A DNA stretch of 64,000 nucleotides. Origin: an uncultured virus (IMG/VR IMGVR_UViG_3300025889_000079) (taxonomy: Duplodnaviria; Heunggongvirae; Uroviricota; Caudoviricetes). The notes beneath the pieces were generated by a model. The model did not search any database and had not been told where the DNA came from. It saw only the letters and a list, made by a program, of their open reading frames with translations. The DNA is taken from the IMG/VR virus record IMGVR_UViG_3300025889_000079; one strand, 5' to 3'. The translations under genes were made by a program, and so were the position numbers. Shown in pieces: positions 19,962-29,926 of this stretch (positions are counted from its first letter, which is position 1; each line of letters starts with the position of its first letter).

Positions 19962-19989
19962 ATTATATCAAAATTCCTGAATTTGTCAA
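19962..19989 (-). promoter_or_regulatory. Antisense sigma70-type promoter
   Basis: Reverse complement reads TTGACA-N16-TATAAT in an intergenic gap. Confidence 0.5.
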
Positions 19990-20006
19990 TAGTCCGTGAA
20001 AATTAA

Positions 20007-20204
20007 ATGAGTGAAAAAGTTACATATAAAATAGAAGTTACCTTTAAATCAGGCAAGTTATTTGAAAAGATAACTGACACCTATCCCAAGATTTTAAAAC
20101 GAGTTAATAACTACTACAAAGTAGGACACCTTGATTTAGGACTGGCCGAAGCCGTAGAACTAAAATTAATAACAAAAACCATTGACAAAAACGACAACTT
20201 ATAG
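20007..20204 (+). CDS. Hypothetical protein
   Basis: 65-aa ORF filling the gap before gp55. Confidence 0.5.
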   Translation: MSEKVTYKIEVTFKSGKLFEKITDTYPKILKRVNNYYKVGHLDLGLAEAVELKLITKTIDKNDNL

Positions 20205-20210
20205 TATAAT
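20182..20210 (+). promoter_or_regulatory. Sigma70-type promoter for gp55
   Basis: TTGACA-N17-TATAAT. Confidence 0.75.
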
Positions 20211-20216
20211 ATAATT

Positions 20217-20768
20217 ATGATTAAAAATAAAAAAAAGAATGAACATTATGTAGATAACGCAAAATTTCTACAAGCGATGATTGAATACAAAGATAGGTGC
20301 GATAGTGCAAAGAAAAGAAAAAGAAAGAATCCACCTGTAACGAATTATATCGGTGAATGTTTTTTAAAAATTGCGAATCACTTATCATACAGGCCTAACT
20401 TTATTAATTACACATTTAGAGATGATATGATTAGTGATGGCATTGAGAATTGTTTACAATACCTAGATAACTTTGATCCTAAAAAATCTAAAAATCCTTT
20501 TGCTTACTTTACACAAATTATTTTTTATGCGTTTGTAAGAAGAATACAAAAAGAAAAGAAACAAATTAATATTAAATATAAATTAATAGAGGATGCTAAT
20601 TTAGACGATCTAGCAATTAATCCAAATGATGAGAATGGTGAATACAAGAATCAATTTATAGAATTTTTAAGAAAAAACAAACCAGCAAATAGTGAATTAC
20701 CTAATCCAAAAGAAATAAAAGTAAAAAGAAAAAAAAGAACAGCAAAAAATTCGTTAGAAGATTTTTAA
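20217..20768 (+). CDS. Late-transcription sigma factor (gp55)
   Basis: HYVDNAKF, YIGECFLKIANHLS, DMISDGIENC, NPFAYFTQI. Confidence 0.96.
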   Translation: MIKNKKKNEHYVDNAKFLQAMIEYKDRCDSAKKRKRKNPPVTNYIGECFLKIANHLSYRPNFINYTFRDDMISDGIENCLQYLDNFDPKKSKNPFAYFTQIIFYAFVRRIQKEKKQINIKYKLIEDANLDDLAINPNDENGEYKNQFIEFLRKNKPANSELPNPKEIKVKRKKRTAKNSLEDF

Positions 20769-20771
20769 ATT

Positions 20772-21833
20772 ATGAAAATTGCTTTGTTGAATGACACACA
20801 CTTTGGTGTGAGAAATGATAGTGATTCGTTTAGAGATTATCAATTAGATTTTTTAAACAATCAATTCTTTCCTTATATTAAAGAACATAATATTACAACA
20901 CTTATTCATTTAGGTGATGTAGTGGATCGTAGAAAATTTATTAATCATCAAACAGCTTCTGTTTTTAGAAAACATTTTTTTGATAGATTGTGGAAAGAAA
21001 AAATAGATACACATATCATTATAGGTAACCACGATACTTATTTTAAAAACACAAATGAGATTAACGCAATAGAAAATCTTTATACTTCTTTTGATGGTCA
21101 AAATGAACCTTGGATTTATACAAGACCTAAAGTGGTGAACTTTGATGGTACAGAAATATTATTTGTGCCTTGGATTTGTGATGACAATAGAGATGAGTCT
21201 TTACTTGCAATACAATCAGCAAAAGCAGATTTATGTTTTGGTCATTTAGAAATAAAAGGATTTGAATTACAAAATGGTATTATTAACGATCACGGATTTA
21301 ATAGAGATGACTTTAAACGTTTTGATAAAGTTATATCAGGACACTTTCATAAAAAATCAGATGACGGACATATCTTTTATCTAGGTGCTCAATTTGAAAT
21401 GACTTGGTCCGATTATAAAGACCCAAAGGCCTTTCATATATTTGATACGGCCACAAGAGAATTAGAAGTTATAACTAATCCAAGAACGATACATAAAAAA
21501 ATAATATACAATGATAAAGAAAAAGATTATACACATTTTGATTTAAGACCTTATAACAATCATTATATTAAACTGATTGTATTAAACAAATCTAAAGACG
21601 AAATGTTTGACAAATTTGTAGAAAGATTGTATAATGAAATTACAGTATTTGATTTGAATATTATAGAGGACTATTCAGACATTAAGGCAAGTGTTAGAGA
21701 TGATATATTAGAAATGGGTGAAGATACAATTACATTCCTAAATAATTATGTAGATCAATTAGAAACGGAAGTAAACAAAGTTAAATTAAAAGAATATTTA
21801 AAATCCATTTATGTGGAGGCAAGTGAAGTATGA
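20772..21833 (+). CDS. Recombination endonuclease subunit (gp47, Mre11-like)
   Basis: DTHFG, HLGDVVD, GNHD, GHLE, SGHFH. Confidence 0.95.
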   Translation: MKIALLNDTHFGVRNDSDSFRDYQLDFLNNQFFPYIKEHNITTLIHLGDVVDRRKFINHQTASVFRKHFFDRLWKEKIDTHIIIGNHDTYFKNTNEINAIENLYTSFDGQNEPWIYTRPKVVNFDGTEILFVPWICDDNRDESLLAIQSAKADLCFGHLEIKGFELQNGIINDHGFNRDDFKRFDKVISGHFHKKSDDGHIFYLGAQFEMTWSDYKDPKAFHIFDTATRELEVITNPRTIHKKIIYNDKEKDYTHFDLRPYNNHYIKLIVLNKSKDEMFDKFVERLYNEITVFDLNIIEDYSDIKASVRDDILEMGEDTITFLNNYVDQLETEVNKVKLKEYLKSIYVEASEV

Positions 21834-22468
21834 GTCAAATAACTAACGTTAAATCTACCCATATCAATTGGGGACCTTATGTAATGAAAACAAAACTGCC
21901 TGATTATATTATTACTAAATTAAAAAATGAAGGTAAGAAAGCAAAACAATCTTATAATTACTCATTGGCAGGTCATTTAGATAATCAATTTTTATATCCA
22001 CAAAATATACAAGAATGGTTTTATAATGAAATACATCCTATCATACAAGCTTATAGAAATGGTCATTGTAAGTTTCACGGCATAGAAGAATTAAATGTAG
22101 ATTTAAGAGCAGATGATCTATGGGTAAACTATATGCAAGCTGGCGACTTTAATCCTATACATACACACGGTGGTGATTATTCGTTTGTTATCTTTTTAGA
22201 TGTACCAAAACAATTAAAAAAAGAACAAGAAGAATTTGAAGGCACTTCAGCAAAACCTGGTTATTTAATGTTTGAATATACACAACAAGCAAGACCTCGT
22301 TGGGCAACCACAGGTACAGCTATTAAACCAGAAACAGGAGATATGTATATGTTTCCTGCATTATTACAACATTGGGTCTGTCCATTTAAATCTAAAGTAA
22401 CAAGAATAAGTGTATCAGGCAATTTAAGAATTATAAACAAAGAGAAATTACCACGTGATTACTTTTAA
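21830..22468 (+). CDS. Putative 2OG-Fe(II) oxygenase inserted between gp47 and gp46
   Basis: WVNY...FNPIHTH..YSFVIFL...MFPALLQHWV.P...RISVSGN. Confidence 0.8.
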   Translation: MSQITNVKSTHINWGPYVMKTKLPDYIITKLKNEGKKAKQSYNYSLAGHLDNQFLYPQNIQEWFYNEIHPIIQAYRNGHCKFHGIEELNVDLRADDLWVNYMQAGDFNPIHTHGGDYSFVIFLDVPKQLKKEQEEFEGTSAKPGYLMFEYTQQARPRWATTGTAIKPETGDMYMFPALLQHWVCPFKSKVTRISVSGNLRIINKEKLPRDYF

Positions 22469-24164
22469 AACATTAAAATGGAAGAACTTTTTATCTACTG
22501 GTAATCAGTATATAGAAGTGGATTTACAAAAAGCACCATCTACACTTATTATAGGTGCAAATGGTTCAGGCAAATCAACTTTATTAGACGCATTATGTTT
22601 TGTATTATTTAATAGGCCATTTAGAGATGTTAAAAAAGAACAATTAATTAATACGATTAATAATGCTGATTGTGAAATACAAGTTACTTTTAAAGTAGGT
22701 AATAAGAATTACAAAATTATAAGAGGTATCAAACCTAATATATTTGAGATTTACTGTAATGATGTTTTAATTAATCAGGATGCTTCTAACGTTGATTATC
22801 AAAACACATTAGAAAATAATATTTTAAAATGTAATTATCGTGCCTTTTGTCAAGTTGTTATTTTAGGTTCTTCTTCGTATGAACCTTTTATGCACCTACG
22901 TGCTAGATATAGACGAGAAGTAGTTGAAGAAATATTAGATATAAGAGTTTTTAGTCATATGGATTTATTATTAAGAACTAAACAGGCAGAATTAACTAAA
23001 GCCGTACAAGATGTTAAGTATCGTTATGATTTAATGACCGAGAAATATGAATTACAAAAAAATCATTTTCAACAAATACAAAGTAGAGATAATACAGATA
23101 TTGAAAATAAAAAACAACAATTAGAAGAAAATGAAAAGTATGACCAACAATATAATGAACGATTACAAAAACTAAATGAACAAATTATATTTACAAAAGA
23201 ACAATTAAAAGAAAAAGAAGAAGTTGATAAAAAGGCAAATCAATTATCTAAATTAGAGGCAAAGATTGAAACCAATCTATTAAATCATAAAAGAAATTTA
23301 GAGTTTTTTCAGGAGAATGAAAACTGTCCTACTTGTACACAACGATTAGAACCTACTTTTAGAGGTGAAAAGATTGCATATGAAAAAGGAAAAATTATTA
23401 CACTAGAAGATGGATTAAAAGATTTGTTAAATGAAATAGTTAAAACAGAAACACGTATTAACGAAATGGCTAAAGTATCTGAAAAGATAACTGATTTAAA
23501 TATTGAGATTGCAAAAGTTAATGCTTCTATTACAGAAATTAACAGACACTCCAATAGATTAAATGATGATATAGTTAAATTAGAAACTGAAAAAAAGAAT
23601 ACAGATAAAGTGGCATATGAATTAGAACAATTAAAAGAAGAACTAAAACAAGTCAATATTGAAAAAGAAAAAGTTGTTGAAGAAAAGAAATACATTGATA
23701 TTGCCAGAGAAATATTAAATGATACAGGTGTTAAAGCAAAGATTATTAAAAAGTATTTGCCTATAATGAATCAGTTAATCAATAAGTATTTACAGGCTAT
23801 GGACTTCTTTGTAAACTTTCATTTAGATGAAGAATTTAACGAAACAATTAAAAGTAGATTTAGAGATACATTTAATTATAATAGTTTTAGTGAAGGAGAG
23901 AAATTAAGAATAGACCTTGCATTATTATTTACTTGGAGAACAATTGCAAAAATGAAAAACAGTACGAATACAAATCTATTAATACTAGATGAAATATTTG
24001 ATTCAAGTTTAGATAACGTAGGTACGGAAGATTTCTTTAAAATATTAAAAGAACTTACAAATGAAAATACGTTTATCATATCACATAAAGGAGATATAAT
24101 GTTTGATAAATTTACTAACATCATTAAATTTGAGAAGTATAAAAACTTTACGAGGGTTATATGA
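22455..24164 (+). CDS. Recombination endonuclease ATPase subunit (gp46, Rad50-like)
   Basis: GANGSGKST, CPTC hook, FSEGEK, LILDEIFD, ISHK. Confidence 0.96.
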   Translation: MITFKTLKWKNFLSTGNQYIEVDLQKAPSTLIIGANGSGKSTLLDALCFVLFNRPFRDVKKEQLINTINNADCEIQVTFKVGNKNYKIIRGIKPNIFEIYCNDVLINQDASNVDYQNTLENNILKCNYRAFCQVVILGSSSYEPFMHLRARYRREVVEEILDIRVFSHMDLLLRTKQAELTKAVQDVKYRYDLMTEKYELQKNHFQQIQSRDNTDIENKKQQLEENEKYDQQYNERLQKLNEQIIFTKEQLKEKEEVDKKANQLSKLEAKIETNLLNHKRNLEFFQENENCPTCTQRLEPTFRGEKIAYEKGKIITLEDGLKDLLNEIVKTETRINEMAKVSEKITDLNIEIAKVNASITEINRHSNRLNDDIVKLETEKKNTDKVAYELEQLKEELKQVNIEKEKVVEEKKYIDIAREILNDTGVKAKIIKKYLPIMNQLINKYLQAMDFFVNFHLDEEFNETIKSRFRDTFNYNSFSEGEKLRIDLALLFTWRTIAKMKNSTNTNLLILDEIFDSSLDNVGTEDFFKILKELTNENTFIISHKGDIMFDKFTNIIKFEKYKNFTRVI

Positions 24165-24709
24165 AATACGAACTAATACCACCAACAGATCCAAGAGTAT
24201 TAACTTTAATTGCACCTTTTGATGAGAAGATTTTAAAAGAACAAGACAATCTTTCACCCAAAGAGTTTGCTGATAATATGTTTGAAACAATGTTTAACTA
24301 TGGAGGTCTAGGCCTATCTGCTAATCAAGTAGGTAAACCATATCGTATGTTTGTAATGGGTGGTCATCCTCAAATAGAACAAGGTAAAAAACGTGTTTGT
24401 TATAATCCCACTATCAAAGGTTATAGTAAAGAAACAATAAGATTTAGAGAGGGCTGTTTAAGTTTTCCATATCTCTTTTTAGACATAGAAAGACCGAGAG
24501 CAGTTGCAATAGAATATTATGACGAAAATATGACCAAAGTGGAGGAAAATCTTACAGGCATCTCCAGTCGAGTTTTTCAACACGAATACGACCATATGCA
24601 AGGAGTAATATTTACAGAAAGAGTAAGTAAGTTTAAATTAAAATGGGCAATGGACAAACGAAAAAAGTCCATAAATAAAGCTATGAAACAATTGAAAAGG
24701 AGTATATAA
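24161..24709 (+). CDS. def: Peptide deformylase
   Basis: GLGLSANQVG, EGCLS, QHEYDH motifs. Confidence 0.95.
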   Translation: MKYELIPPTDPRVLTLIAPFDEKILKEQDNLSPKEFADNMFETMFNYGGLGLSANQVGKPYRMFVMGGHPQIEQGKKRVCYNPTIKGYSKETIRFREGCLSFPYLFLDIERPRAVAIEYYDENMTKVEENLTGISSRVFQHEYDHMQGVIFTERVSKFKLKWAMDKRKKSINKAMKQLKRSI

Positions 24710-24951
24710 TGGCAAAATTCGTAGTATTCACTAACGCAAATCCACCATTTGAAGGAAGAGATATTGTTATCAATGTGGATAACATAGTAACCGTCTATAA
24801 AGATTTAACAGCAAGAGATAAAGTTGCTTTATGGTCAAAAGAAAACTTTTGGCACGTAGAGGAAGATTTCAATACTGTTATGAAAAAATTAGGTATAGAT
24901 TATAAAGAAGAAATTATACCTGAACAACCTGAACATAAGGAGATAAACTAA
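24709..24951 (+). CDS. Hypothetical protein
   Basis: RBS AAGGAG; coupled to def. Confidence 0.6.
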   Translation: MAKFVVFTNANPPFEGRDIVINVDNIVTVYKDLTARDKVALWSKENFWHVEEDFNTVMKKLGIDYKEEIIPEQPEHKEIN

Positions 24952-24952
24952 T

Positions 24953-25477
24953 ATGATTGAAGAAACACTATTTAGAGTACCGTATTGGACTATCCCTACT
25001 TTGAATTTTAGTAATAAAAAGAAATTACTTACTACTTTGTTAAAGGGATATCCCGAAAAAAGACACGGCATACAAACCTTTGCAACAAATAGACAAAGTG
25101 ATAGGAGTAATCTAGCAGAAGCTTTTGCTAATATTTGTGGTGAAGAATTAAATATGCTATCACAAAAACTTAAAAAAGATATACAGATTGAAGATATATG
25201 GTCGGTATCTTATAAACGAGGAGAATATCATACACCACACGATCACGGTAGTGTAGGATTAACAGGTATACTTTATCTACAAATGGATAAAAAAGCACCT
25301 GTAACTCAATATATACAACCTTGGAATGATTGGTATTCAGATAGAACTATTTACTATCCATTACCTGTTACCGAAGGACAAATTGTAGTTATGCCTAAGT
25401 TTATTAGACACTTTACAGAACCTAGTAAATCTGCTCAAATCAAAAGAATTATATCTTGGGATATGAAAATTAGATGA
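24953..25477 (+). CDS. Putative 2OG-Fe(II) oxygenase
   Basis: WSVSY..GEYHTPHDH...TGILYL...MPKFIRHFT.P...KRIISW. Confidence 0.75.
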   Translation: MIEETLFRVPYWTIPTLNFSNKKKLLTTLLKGYPEKRHGIQTFATNRQSDRSNLAEAFANICGEELNMLSQKLKKDIQIEDIWSVSYKRGEYHTPHDHGSVGLTGILYLQMDKKAPVTQYIQPWNDWYSDRTIYYPLPVTEGQIVVMPKFIRHFTEPSKSAQIKRIISWDMKIR

Positions 25478-26082
25478 CAAAAAAAAGACCAATATTTAAA
25501 GAATTAGATTTACCGCCTTATCATTTACCTTTAGATGAGGCCGTAAACTATTTAAATAATTTATCTTATGAAAAAGTTAAAACAAAATATAATGCAAAAG
25601 GTAACTGGGATGCTGTATCTATAAGAGGATATAGTGATGATATTACAAATATATTAAAACCAGGTGTATTAGAAAGTAATGTAGAAGTACAACCATTAAG
25701 ATGGACTCATCTATATGAACAAGCAGAATTATTACCTTTAAAAGAAATATTAGTACATATACCTGCTGAAATGGAACGAGTAAGAGTAATGAGATTGAAA
25801 GCAGGTACTCGTATTTCTAAACATACAGACAAAGTGGACAAGGCCATAAAGAATGGTGATATTGTTAGAATACACGTACCATTAAAAACAAATGCTAATG
25901 TTAATATGACTTTATGGGAAGATACACAAGCAAATGTTTATCATTTAGAAACAGGTAAGTATTATTATACCGATGTATCTAAACCACACGCTGTAGAAAA
26001 TTTAGCAGATTTTGATAGACTACATTTAGTTATAGATTGTTTTAACAATCCTAAATTAGAAAATTTATTACAACAACAATGA
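25474..26082 (+). CDS. Aspartyl/asparaginyl beta-hydroxylase-like 2OG oxygenase
   Basis: RVRVMRL..GTRISKHTD...RIHVPLKTN...KPHAVEN...RLHLVID. Confidence 0.8.
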   Translation: MTKKRPIFKELDLPPYHLPLDEAVNYLNNLSYEKVKTKYNAKGNWDAVSIRGYSDDITNILKPGVLESNVEVQPLRWTHLYEQAELLPLKEILVHIPAEMERVRVMRLKAGTRISKHTDKVDKAIKNGDIVRIHVPLKTNANVNMTLWEDTQANVYHLETGKYYYTDVSKPHAVENLADFDRLHLVIDCFNNPKLENLLQQQ

Positions 26083-26513
26083 TATTTGCAGCTTCATCAG
26101 ATTTTGATAAAATAAAACAAGTTTTTTATAATCACAAAAAATGGTTTCCACATATAAGAACTGATTATTTACAAAGAAGAATAGATAGAAGCCAATTAAT
26201 ATGGGAAGATGGAGTAATCATAACGTTTCATCACGCTAAAAGAAAACAGAAAATAGGAAACGTACAAATCAACAAACACGATACCGTTTTACATCAAATC
26301 GTAAACTCACAACCAGGTAATGGTAATGCGAAAGTGATTCTTAATAATTTCTTTGAATGGTGCCCACAAGACGTTTATTTATCAGTAAGAACCGATAACT
26401 TGACAGCTTGTGCATTTTATGATAAAATAGATATGTTATGTATAGGAGAAATAAGTTGGTCTAAAGGTAGACTACCAGGTAGAGTTTATGTCAAACGTAA
26501 AAGAAGTAGTTAG
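26079..26513 (+). CDS. GNAT-family acetyltransferase-like protein
   Basis: LHQIV...GNGNA...LSVRTDNLTACAFYDKI (GNAT motifs A and B). Confidence 0.7.
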   Translation: MIFAASSDFDKIKQVFYNHKKWFPHIRTDYLQRRIDRSQLIWEDGVIITFHHAKRKQKIGNVQINKHDTVLHQIVNSQPGNGNAKVILNNFFEWCPQDVYLSVRTDNLTACAFYDKIDMLCIGEISWSKGRLPGRVYVKRKRSS

Positions 26514-27567
26514 AGATTGGAAAGATAATAAAGGATTCCCATATTATCCTGATGATAAGAAATGGCGTGATTCTGAATATCAAAAACTTTTATCTTTTCA
26601 AAGAGATGGTATATTAGATAGACCTAATAAAATCATAGGACAATCAACACACGGATTATCACTTGCGTGGTCATATATGCCACACGCTTGGGGTATTAAA
26701 TGTGGTAAGATGAAAACACCCATAGAGATATGGGAAGATGAAGAACATTTAGAAAAAGGTATTAATAAGATTTTAACAGGCACTTTCTTTACAAAAAAGG
26801 CCGCACACGAAATAACAGACTCAGATATGAGAGCGATGTTAAGACGATATTCAGGTACTCAAATGGTATCTAATTTTAGACCTACTGCTGCCGCAACTTT
26901 ATATGACATCTTTGTAGAAAAAGATAGTCCACTAGAAGGAACAGAAGCAGGTACAGTATGGGATCCAAGTATGGGTTATGGTGGTCGTTTATTAGGTGCA
27001 ATCGCAGCTGGTGTTAACTACATAGGTACAGATCCTTGTGTTCCTACATATAAAGGGTTAGAACAAATAAGAGATGAATACGGACATAGTCATAAACAAT
27101 ATAAACTATTAAGACAAGGTAGTGAAACATTTATACCTCAACCAGAAACATTAGACTTCGTATTTACAAGTCCACCGTATCTAGGACACGAAATGTATGG
27201 TGATGAAGAAGAACAATCTTTTAGAAAATTTCCTGTACAAGACTTATGGCGTAATGGGTTTTTATTAAAGACTATACAAAACGCATATATCGGTTTGAAA
27301 CCAGGTAAATATGCAGCCTTCAATGTTGCAAACGTTAAATCATATAAGACATTTGAAGAAGATACTTATGAGTGTATGGAAGAGGCAGGTTTTACAGATA
27401 TAGATGTTTGGTGGTTGTCATTATCTACACAACAAGGAACAAAGATTCAATCTACATTAGAAGGTACAGAAACAGAAAAGAAACAATCTCAAAACTATGT
27501 AGGGCGATTCGCAAGACCTGACATCCCAGGTCGTAAATATGAGCCTATTTTCATAGGAAAAAAGTGA
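26488..27567 (+). CDS. Amino-group (N4-C/N6-A) DNA methyltransferase
   Basis: WDPSMGYGGRL SAM-binding motif and catalytic FTSPPY. Confidence 0.85.
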   Translation: MSNVKEVVRDWKDNKGFPYYPDDKKWRDSEYQKLLSFQRDGILDRPNKIIGQSTHGLSLAWSYMPHAWGIKCGKMKTPIEIWEDEEHLEKGINKILTGTFFTKKAAHEITDSDMRAMLRRYSGTQMVSNFRPTAAATLYDIFVEKDSPLEGTEAGTVWDPSMGYGGRLLGAIAAGVNYIGTDPCVPTYKGLEQIRDEYGHSHKQYKLLRQGSETFIPQPETLDFVFTSPPYLGHEMYGDEEEQSFRKFPVQDLWRNGFLLKTIQNAYIGLKPGKYAAFNVANVKSYKTFEEDTYECMEEAGFTDIDVWWLSLSTQQGTKIQSTLEGTETEKKQSQNYVGRFARPDIPGRKYEPIFIGKK

Positions 27568-27568
27568 T

Positions 27569-27583
27569 GTTCTACTTTTGTTC
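27569..27583 (+). promoter_or_regulatory. Alphaproteobacterial LexA (SOS) box candidate
   Basis: GTTC-TACTTTT-GTTC (GTTC-N7-GTTC) in an intergenic region upstream of a promoter. Confidence 0.55.
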
Positions 27584-27596
27584 TTTTTTATAGTCT

Positions 27597-27669
27597 ATAA
27601 ATCATTGATTTTATTAGATTCTTTTTCCATTTTGTACTTGATTTTTAAATCATTTTGTAGTAGCATATA
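27597..27669 (+). promoter_or_regulatory. Early-type promoter, copy 1 (shared with cobS-like gene)
   Basis: ATTGATTTTATTA...CCATTTT...TTGATT-N17-TAGCAT-ATA. Confidence 0.6.
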
Positions 27670-27674
27670 TACAT

Positions 27675-29825
27675 ATGATTAACAATAACACTATGAATAC
27701 TCATAAATCGAGTCTTGCAAAATTACTTGCTACTGAAAATATACAAGTTTTACAAAATCAAGTTAGTACGGCTTCTTTTGATGTTAAGAACCGTGTATTA
27801 ACTATTCCGTTTTTTAAACATAATGATAATAACGTGATTGATATGTTAATCGCTCACGAGGTATCTCACGCTTTACACACTCCGTCTGAATCTTGGCAAG
27901 ATATGGCAAATAGATCAAAAGACTTTATGTCATTTGTAAACGTTTTAGAAGATACTAGAATTGATAAACTTATTCAAAAAAAATATCCAGGTGTAGTTAA
28001 AAACTATATTAATGGTTTCAATAGAATGTGGGAAGATGACTTCTTCAAGTCTAAAGATAAAAATTTAGATGACTATATTTTAATTGATAAAATTAATTTA
28101 TGGTATAAATCTTCAAAAACTTTACCTATTAAATTTTCTAAAAAAGAACAACCATTTATTGACGCAATTGAAAAACTTAAAACTTTTGATGATGTATTAA
28201 AACTTGCTGAAGATATCCTTGGTTACTGTAAAGAAGAATTGAAAAACAGTAAAGATGAAACTGTTAAGATTTATAGACAAGACCCTAATGGTGAAGAAGA
28301 ATTAAATGTATCAGATTCTAAAGATGAAGGCGACCAAGACGGTTATAAATCGGTTGATGAAAAAACAAATACTTGGTTAGAAAAACAAAATCAAAACAAA
28401 GATGAGAATACAACTACTGGTCAAAACTCTAATGGTGCTGGCGGTAATGTAGATATTAGATCGGTTACGAATGAGGCCTTTGCTGATCCTAGATTAATAG
28501 ATTCTAAAGAACATAGAAGAATGTATGGTACTTTACCTAAACCTATCTTTAAAAATCTTATTAAAGATTATAAAACATTTATTTTAGATAATCAAAACGC
28601 ATTTAGAAAACAAACTAAAAAAACTTCTTATGGTGATATGTATGCTATAGGTCTTAAACATACTGAAAATGAATTTATTAAATTTAAAAATAAATCAACA
28701 CCTATTGTAAATTATCTTGTTAAAGAATTTGAAATGAGGAAAAGTGCTAGATTACACGCAAGAGCTTCTACTGATAAAACAGGAGTGATTGATCCTCTTA
28801 AATTACATACTTATAGATTTGCTGAAGATATCTTTAAAAAGATTACAACTGTTCCAAATATGAAGAACCACGGTATGATATTCTTACTAGACTGGTCAGG
28901 TTCTATGTCAAATTACTTAATGCCTACTGTTGAACAATTACTAAATCTAGTTTGGTTTGTAAAAAAAATTAATATACCTTTTTCAGTATATGGTTTTGTA
29001 AACAACGGTGACGATAAGTTTGCTGATAAGATTTTACCTTCTTTTGATATTAAACAAGGACAATTAAAATTAGATATTAGTACAAGATTGTTTCAAATGT
29101 TTAGTCATAAAATGTCCAAATCAGAAATGTTAATGGCTGGTAAAACTCTTTATACAATGGCTGCTTCTTATAATGAAAGATATAATAGACATAGATATGA
29201 CGATTTTTCAAAAGTAGGATATACACCTAATCCACACAATGCTTATACTTTAAGTTCAACACCTTTAGATGAGTCTTTAATTGCGATGGATTATATTATT
29301 AAACAATTCAAAGATCAATATAAAGTAGATAAAACAATTTTTGTTTCATTAACTGACGGCGGTGCTAATTCAATAAACGGCGTTTTAGGTACTGAAAAGT
29401 ACGGAGAATTATGGGTTAAACTTGGTAAAAATTATGTTGATTGTTCTGGATGGCACAGATCCAAAGATAGAAATTCACTTACCGATAACTTATTAAGATA
29501 CTTAAAGAAAAAACACGGTATCAAAACAATCGGTTTTTATCTAGTTAATAAGTTTCAAAATTTAAGATATCATTTAGATTATAATGATATGGGAGATGTT
29601 AATATTAGAAAGGCATTTAATAAAGATAGGGTTATTGCTTGGGACAAATCAGGTTATGATGTATATTATCTAGTTAAGGCTGACACTAATGTTGAAGATA
29701 ATAACTTAGATCAAATAACTGCTGATTCGTCAAAGGCAGATATTAAGAAATTATTTGCTAAAAATATGAAAGGAAGACTTACTTCCAGAGTGGTTTTAAA
29801 CAAATTTATAAGGGAAGTTGCATAA
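27675..29825 (+). CDS. CobT-like metallopeptidase/VWA domain protein
   Basis: AHEVSH (HExxH), NVLEDTRI, MIDAS DWSGSM, TPL, LTDG; partner of the downstream AAA+ ATPase. Confidence 0.85.
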   Translation: MINNNTMNTHKSSLAKLLATENIQVLQNQVSTASFDVKNRVLTIPFFKHNDNNVIDMLIAHEVSHALHTPSESWQDMANRSKDFMSFVNVLEDTRIDKLIQKKYPGVVKNYINGFNRMWEDDFFKSKDKNLDDYILIDKINLWYKSSKTLPIKFSKKEQPFIDAIEKLKTFDDVLKLAEDILGYCKEELKNSKDETVKIYRQDPNGEEELNVSDSKDEGDQDGYKSVDEKTNTWLEKQNQNKDENTTTGQNSNGAGGNVDIRSVTNEAFADPRLIDSKEHRRMYGTLPKPIFKNLIKDYKTFILDNQNAFRKQTKKTSYGDMYAIGLKHTENEFIKFKNKSTPIVNYLVKEFEMRKSARLHARASTDKTGVIDPLKLHTYRFAEDIFKKITTVPNMKNHGMIFLLDWSGSMSNYLMPTVEQLLNLVWFVKKINIPFSVYGFVNNGDDKFADKILPSFDIKQGQLKLDISTRLFQMFSHKMSKSEMLMAGKTLYTMAASYNERYNRHRYDDFSKVGYTPNPHNAYTLSSTPLDESLIAMDYIIKQFKDQYKVDKTIFVSLTDGGANSINGVLGTEKYGELWVKLGKNYVDCSGWHRSKDRNSLTDNLLRYLKKKHGIKTIGFYLVNKFQNLRYHLDYNDMGDVNIRKAFNKDRVIAWDKSGYDVYYLVKADTNVEDNNLDQITADSSKADIKKLFAKNMKGRLTSRVVLNKFIREVA

Positions 29826-29895
29826 GTGATTGATTTTATTACATTTTTTTCACCATTTTATGCTTGCAATTTAAGTAAAAAAATGTTAGCATATA
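29822..29895 (+). promoter_or_regulatory. Early-type promoter, copy 2
   Basis: ATTGATTTTATTA...CCATTTT...TTGCAA-N17-TAGCAT-ATA. Confidence 0.6.
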
Positions 29896-29926
29896 GTATA
29901 ACAAGTTAAATGAAAGGACTTATATT

